Shown: positions 35,941 through 42,752 of the stretch, one piece after another
How positions within the stretch are numbered: position 1 is the first letter of the stretch
Layout: each line of letters opens with the position of its first letter
Assembly (NCBI RefSeq): GCF_001194135.2
Contig: NC_068981.1
Location: 118,261,888-118,304,639, forward strand
DNA length: 42,752 bases
From: Octopus bimaculoides
Taxonomy: Eukaryota
Reading direction: 5' to 3'
Made by a program: the position numbers and the translations under genes
The notes under the pieces: model-generated
What the model was told of the DNA's origin: nothing
The model's database searches: none
What the model saw: only the letters and a program-made list of their open reading frames with translations

Positions 35941-38209
35941 AATTACCGCATGGTGCTTAAGAAAATTTACTCACAGAAATTAATACCGAGAATCCCACAT
36001 ACGGTCCACAATGGGGCGAGTCTATTATTTGTGCATTGTAAAGTACCTATCAGATGGAGTTATCTTGCGTACCTGTATATATCTAATTATTACTACAATT
36101 GGCTATATACGAGCTTCAGCTTAATTTCATTTCCTAGTAGCTTTAATTGAATCGCTGAATTACCAGTACCAGTTGCCTCTCCTCAACCACAATCCGTGGA
36201 TTCCTTTACTCTTCCCTCATGCATGTTATAACGTTAGGATACTGAAGGGCATAAACGGCCCCACACCACCTATTCATTGACTTCTCCAGAACTTTTTTCA
36301 AATTGTAACTGACCAATTGTAGAGACTGCTGGACTTAGACCTGCCCCATTGTAGACCGTAGGTGGGATTGTCGGTATTAATTTCTGTGAGTGAGTTTTCT
36401 TAAGCACCCTACGGTAATTCTTTACTTTTACTTGAGATTACACCGTAAGCATAGGTTTGATAATCATGTCAGTATTTTCCTAATATACATTTTCTTGATA
36501 ACTTATTATAAACATCCTGCCCCCGCCTTCAAATTACATCTACCCGTTAATAAATTATAGTATTCTCTGGACCATTACTAGCTCACTCTTTTACCTACAG
36601 ACCCCGTACCCCTAGTCAGCTTCCACTAGTCAGCTTCAGTATCTTCAAAACTAACGCCTCTTCCTCCTCTTCCCGCTCTTCTCCCTCTTCCCTCTCCCCT
36701 TTTCTTTATTCTTAACAACTTAAGACAGTTGCCCATTCCCATGTTTCATTTCTTCAAATATGTTTTTCTATTTTGCTTTTTCACTCCGTTTTTCCGGCTT
36801 TACCACTCATTTTAAGTTACATCTCCTGTGAGTTCACTCCGGATCTCTTGACGACAATGTAGCCTTCTTTTAGCTAAGGTATCTTCGGTTTGATGTATCT
36901 AAGGTATCTTCTATTAGTGAAGTACCCCTCGTTGATGGAGTAATTGTTACTTCCGAGGTTGAGCTAGCTAGGAAACACATGTAGCCTGGATTTCACCTAC
37001 TCCATTCCCTCAATTTGGATTTTTATTCGCATTCATATCCACCCTAGATGCTAACAGTGAAATATAAAATAACTTTTTTCACCTTATCGAACTCCCATAT
37101 GGCAAAAACCTACAAATTTCAACGCCAATAAACTGCGATTATTTCTTTTTTATACATACTGCGGACTACTCGGAGCATACTAACCTCCTACACCTGGATC
37201 GCTTTGTACCTATGCTAGAAGTAATTATATATAACTAATGATTACCTATCCATTAAACAGAAACCATTCTGCTTCTGGAATAAATACACTGTGGTGTTAG
37301 CTTGGCATTATCTCAAAGTGTTTTTTGTTACTTATTTTAACTAACCCAAAAGAATAACATATAAATCAATTTTGTTCAGCATTGAACTCCGAAACATAAA
37401 TAGTCAGACATGAAGAGGTAATGTATCCAATAATTTGATTATTTGATGCTTTCCGTCTGTTGCAGTACAACGCAATATATTGCATAACCAAAGTGCATAG
37501 TTCGTTGTATCTAACCTAATGTATTGTTGAAACTTCGCAGATCGACAATGGTTGGACATTCAATAATAAACGTTGTGAGATGAGAACTATATGACTTTTA
37601 GTAATTATTCCTTTTCAAAAGAAATTGTAAATTGATTCAACATCTGTATGTTGTATGCATCATTTCTGAGCCGCTCCTTTCTGTCTTAAAAAAGAAAAAC
37701 TCATTAGACAATTTAGCCATCGATATGCAGTTGAAAGAAACGCCTTTCATCAGACATCTGCTCTGTTAAGGCTCAAATGTATGTATCTGTTAATAGACTG
37801 TATACCTGACAGTAACTCATAGATGAGCCGGTACTGCTTTTCTAGTCGCATTATTGATATAATAGAAATCGAAACCAAGTTTAGATCTTGTTCACCGAGA
37901 TCTTATCGACTATATTGTTAGGTGTGTTACCCGCTGTATTGATCCTGGAAGGGAAATAACTTAAGTCAATCCCAGCTGATATGAAAGCAGAAATCTTAAT
38001 TCCGAGTTGAATATTGCAAAACAGCTAATCCGGCATAATGTCATATGTTGTGGAGGAGAAAAGGATGTTGCGCTCGTGTATATTCCTTTGACATTAGCAG
38101 CAGCCACAAATAGCAATGAGGACGATGACAATCATGTCGATAATAAACAATAAAAACAGTGCTTCTACGAAAGGTTTTACTTACGCCGCCTCATCTTGAT
38201 AAAAGATAC

Positions 38210-38249
38210 CGAGAGTAATCTACTCTTAATCTGACATAATCTGCGTCTA
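38210..38249 (+). repeat. 40-bp direct repeat, right copy
   Basis: cgagagtaatctactcttaatctgacataatctgcgtcta. Confidence 0.92.
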
Positions 38250-38504
38250 TTCGTATAATAACAAAATATGAGTGGCTTTATGTTTTGATGTAAATATAAT
38301 ATATGCTTAAAGTAGGTAAACAATAGGCATAAGTAATGCTGGCATAGGATTCTGGTGGTGATGATTATGATGATGATGACGATGATGATGTTGGTGATGA
38401 ACATTATTAAACAATATAGTAGACAAACATAATCAGAAATAGAAAATTGTATATAAAGGAGAACAAAATCCTATATAGATGTATAGACATCGTTCCTACA
38501 CACG

Positions 38505-38537
<33 letters not shown>

Positions 38538-38565
38538 CATATATATATATGTATATCTTTCACAG

Positions 38566-38596
<31 letters not shown>

Positions 38597-38694
38597 ATTA
38601 AACATGCGTGTCGACAGAAACATATATTCGTATCAAACCACACACAGACACACACATACACACACATACATATACACACACACAGACAGGTATC

Positions 38695-39070
38695 TTTCAT
38701 CTTGTTTCAGCTATTTGACTGCGGCCATCCTGGGACACCACCTTTAAAGGCTTTAGTCGAGCAAATCCACCCCAGGACTTATTTTTTAAAAGCATGACCG
38801 AACCGCTATGTTACGGAAACTTAAACACACCAACACCGATTGTCAAGCGGGTTGGGGTCAAACACAGACACGAAGTCACACACACATAGATATATACATG
38901 TATATACGACGGGCTTCTTTCAATTTCCGTCTACCAAATTCACTTACAAGGCTTTGGTTGGCTCGAGGCTATAGTAAAAGACACTTTTGCTGAAGGTTCT
39001 ATGCAGTGGGAATGAACCCGGGAACATGTGACTGGGAAGCAAGCAGCTTAATATACATCCACGCCTGCGC
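38695..39070 (-). mobile_element. Composite tRNA-derived SINE (head module + CA/TA linker + second module), octopus type
   Basis: Minus strand begins gcgcaggcgtggatg...cccgggttcattcccactgc (B-box-like); both modules have homologues at 21695-21850 and 20829-21039. Confidence 0.8.
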
Positions 39071-39812
39071 ATCTATTTGTAAGAATGTGTGTATGCCGTA
39101 CGTATGTTGTATGTATGTATATTATGACTTCGTGCACATATTTGTTACATATTCACATACTTTTACTAAAAGATACACCACCAAACACCCACATACAAAC
39201 AGAATAGATCATAAGCATTTAAAATAGATAAATATATAAAAATGTAATATAACGATCCATAAAGTGATGTAACAGAGATTCAGCGGCATGAAGGCGCCCT
39301 AGAATCATGACCAAACGTCACTTTCAAATTACATACTCTGTCTTCAGCCCAGTGTCAGACTATATAGCCATGCAACATTAATAATACTTATAATTGTTTT
39401 AAGAGATGAGAAAGTATAATCGAATCTAATTTCACATTATCCCTGCCAAAGGACATTTCAAAAAAAATCTTGAAGATATACTTGAAGTGAAAAAGCCCCA
39501 TACTGAACCTTACATGCCTCATACTATCTCTTTCGCAAGAATCATGAGAGCGATAATTAAAGAAGTGCCAGGATCTACACAAAGATATGCTTTACATCCA
39601 GATCCGTCTTACATGGAAAGATTTGTATTTCGTGTAATTCCACAAATCAACCGTAACACTAAGTGAATGCAAGCAAAATGATTGGTCTCCCTCACTCTCT
39701 GATTTTTGGATAAATCCAGTTGATCGTGATTTTCCATGTTTGTAGAGCTTATTCTAAATTGTAACCTCTGGAACTCTGCCAAGATAGACACATAGTGACA
39801 TTAATGATGATG

Positions 39813-39813
<1 letters not shown>

Positions 39814-39881
<68 letters not shown>
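39814..39881. repeat. (TAA)n microsatellite
   Basis: Directly visible. Confidence 0.97.
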
Positions 39882-40090
39882 GATTAAAACGATAGATAAT
39901 CAGGTATAAAGAGTGGCTTGTTTTAAAATCCATTTGGATATATCTGACAAATTGCTTGACCATATAGCTATGGCAAAGCGACTAGATGTAATCATAATGA
40001 TATTGATTTTTGATATAAACACAAGGATTCATTTTTAGTGTTGGAGTAGGGTGGATTATATGGAGCATAGATTTTGACATGTGCTATATT

Positions 40091-40139
40091 TAATCGATCC
40101 TGAAAGGATGAAAAGCAATGTTGACCTCGGTGGGAATTT
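40091..40139 (-). mobile_element. SINE fragment (B-box to central domain)
   Basis: Reverse complement aaattcccaccgaggtcaacattgcttttcatcctttcaggatcgatta matches ~19895-19935. Confidence 0.6.
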
Positions 40140-40944
40140 ATCTCAGGTCGTACATGACAGTAACCTGATACGATATTTTATGCCAAAGTGTAACTAAATA
40201 GAGCAAAACATTTTTTTCCTTACGCTCTAGTAATTCTGCCAATCTACTGCCTGCCTCAGTAATGTTAAACACAAATTCTGTGATATGCCATATAATGTCA
40301 GAATCCAAATCAAGGAAATAGTAAAATATTAAAATGTGTATCAACGATGCTTCATAAAGGGGAGGAATTCTAGGAGTGCGAGTAAAAGTTACTCTTGCTG
40401 TTATAGAATAACTAGGAACAAGAAATCCCACCGCCGGCAACATTAATCCTATCTGAATTCATAAAATAGTACTTGAGTACATGTAATCGACTATGGAGTT
40501 GTATGACAATTGCTTTCAAGAAGCAATTCTACCATTACACAGTAAACAGATATATTAAATTTTTCCTCCATAATTAAGGACAATCAATGCAATTAACATA
40601 TCGCGCATAGCTAGAAGCAATCAGTGTATACAAATTGGAATGTACAACTCATGATCTTTTCTTTAAGTACACGGCTGATGCTTGGTTTGGATTTCATAAT
40701 TTCATGCTTCTTACAAATTTAAGATTCTAAAACTATGTAGAAAATTATTCTGTAAAGGTGAAGAAAAGTGAGTTTTAAGATGAATACCAACAGTCATTGA
40801 AGGAAGCGATGCACAGAAATTCCAAACATAACACAACGAGATACACATTTCTGCATGGATTTAGTCATTTAATGTTTCGGGAAGTGAAATAAATCCATAT
40901 AATGGAATTAAAGCCAATCATACAATCATCAGTAAAATGTACAC

Positions 40945-42752
40945 TAATTGCAGTCCTTAGCGATGTCCGGTTCCCAAACGAAGGCATCCTGAAAGAGCAT
41001 GGTGCCGAATACACCCTATATATTGGTCAGGCAAATTCCCATCAGAATGACTCTTTCAGGTTTCGGCTTCATGATAAAGAATTCAATCGCACCCAAGCTG
41101 GAAACCCTACCAGAAGGCCACTTTGACCGCATTATTTTCATGTGCCTCCCTCTGAAAAACAAGCAGCATGTCACGATCTTTACTGTTTACTCCCCGACTC
41201 TCCAAGCAGACCCAGCAGAGAAGGACAAGTTCTACTCAGACCTGTGCAGAATCTATCAGGGAACTCCCGTCGATTATAATGTCATAATCCTAGGAAATTT
41301 CAACGCCAGAGTGGGTCGAGATTCGGAAACCTGGATAGGACTCCTCAGAAATCATGTGGTTGGGAACTGCAACGACGATGGGCGCCTGTTGCATGCGTTT
41401 TGCATTGAAAATCAGCTCGTCATCACCATTACCATTTTCCAGCAAAGAGCGTCTGAAAACAACTTGGATGCATCCCCGGTCAAATCACTGGTAGTTCCCT
41501 GACTACGTTCTAGTGCACCAGTATGACGTTACGCAAACCAGAGTGATGTCTAGCGCAGAATACCATAATGACCATCGATAGTCTTTTGCAAACTCAAACC
41601 CCATTCAAGCCCAAACCCAAAAAGAGAGGATCGGCCAACAAGAAAATCAAGCCTAGCGGTCTGCAGCTAAACGAAGGGAAAGTAAACTTCCAGCCAGGCG
41701 TACAGGGAAAGCTTGATTAATCCAATTGCCCCCTCAGATCCCTCTCCAGAAATCCTGTAGAAACAACTGAAAACCGCCAGCCTACAGACCTCTGCAGAAA
41801 TCCATGGGTTTACGAAGGAACATAACAAGGATGTACTAATCCAAGAATTGGTAAAGAAGGAAAGTTCTCCCCACCAATTACACCTGGCACAACCATGCTG
41901 ACCCGAGAAGAAAGCGGCCTTTCACCAAGCCTGCAGCACAAACTCCGTGAAGTCCAGTGCGAGTGGTGGACTAACCTTCTACGAAACTCTCAAGGCATTT
42001 TACTGCCCAACACATCAAGTCCATAGTCTCCTGCGCAGCTCAGACGGCCAGGCGCTTCTCGCAGACAAGCATCCATCCTCAACCACTGGTCGGAATACAT
42101 TTAGTCTCTCTTCAGAGCAAACTGAGTTGTCCAGGAAAATGCAATCCTCCCCATCAAGCAATTACTAGTCAGAATGGAACCCGATGAGTCTCCATCACTA
42201 GAAGAGACTACAGTTGCCATTGGCTGGTTGAAGAGTAGAAAGGGAACAGGAGTCGATGGCATACCACCATACCACCAGAGATATGGAAGCATTGGGATTC
42301 TGTCTTACATACTAAACTCCACGTGCTCTTTGTTGCATGCTGGGAACGGAGCAAGCTGCTACGAGATCTCTGCGATGCTGTCATCATCACACTGTACAAA
42401 AACAAAGGGGAAATGTCAGACAGCTCAAACTACCGGCGGATCACACTGCTTTCTAGTGCAGAAAAAGTTCTAGGGAGTTTACTCCTCAACAGGATTGTTC
42501 TCTCCATCGCCGAAAATCATCTACAAGAGAACCTATGTGGTTTCAGAGCCAACAGGGGCACAACAGATATGGTTTTCGTTCTCAGGCAGCTCCAAGAAAA
42601 GTGCCGGGAGGAAAACAGAACTTTAAGCAACATTTGTCCATCTAACAACAGCGTTCGACACTATGAGCAGAAAAAGGCTGTAGCAGATCCTAAACCGACT
42701 CGGCTTTTCCCCAAAATTCAAACCATGATCACCCAGCTTCAAGAAGACCAAC
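40945..42752 (+). mobile_element. RTE-clade LINE remnant (AP endonuclease + start of RT), continues beyond the window
   Basis: IAVLSDVRF.NEG.LKEHGAEYTLY; FMIKNSIA.KL; VYSPTLQA...KDKFYSDL; IILGNFNARVG; CNDDGRLL.AFC.EN.LVIT; TWMHPRS; then NYRRITLLS, CGFRANRGTTDMVFVLRQLQEKCRE; many frameshifts. Confidence 0.9.

Larger units (their letters stand above)
35471..36615. mobile_element. Foldback-type element with long inverted arms
   Basis: 35471-35634 is the reverse complement of 36456-36615 (about 90% by eye); 35940-36024 is the reverse complement of 36336-36420; ~310-bp spacer with no recognisable ORF. Confidence 0.8.

Overview
AT-rich eukaryotic genomic DNA, dense in microsatellites, with seven assembly gaps (1711-2387, 5999-6198, 8890-9260, 21092-21130, 23952-24316, 28283-28445, 34942-35112). 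The SINE families look like those I recall from Octopus genomes; that is recognition from memory, not a database result. No intact host gene is recognisable. Most ORF-track entries are microsatellite, gap or low-complexity artefacts. The window is a collection of decayed mobile elements: (1) a Ty3/Gypsy (K02A2.6-like) provirus with both LTRs and no protease (12663-16238); (2) four copies of an R4/Dong-like non-LTR retrotransposon with a C-terminal restriction-like endonuclease, in two head-to-tail pairs (2434-3375; ~25590-31217); (3) an RTE-clade LINE running off the right edge (40945-42752); (4) several tRNA-derived SINEs, a mariner 3' end, a Helitron-like 3' end and inverted-repeat elements. 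Two signals stand out. First, three R4/Dong-like 5' junctions abut (CATA)n on the same strand, suggesting a (CATA)n/(TATG)n microsatellite-targeting retrotransposon family. Second, there are minimal type I hammerhead ribozyme motifs with palindromic helix III (33063-33136; 35840-35885 plus its inverted partner), the latter in a ~250-bp palindrome nested in a 1.1-kb foldback element that lies between two near-identical 40-bp direct repeats. All alignments and identities were done by eye.
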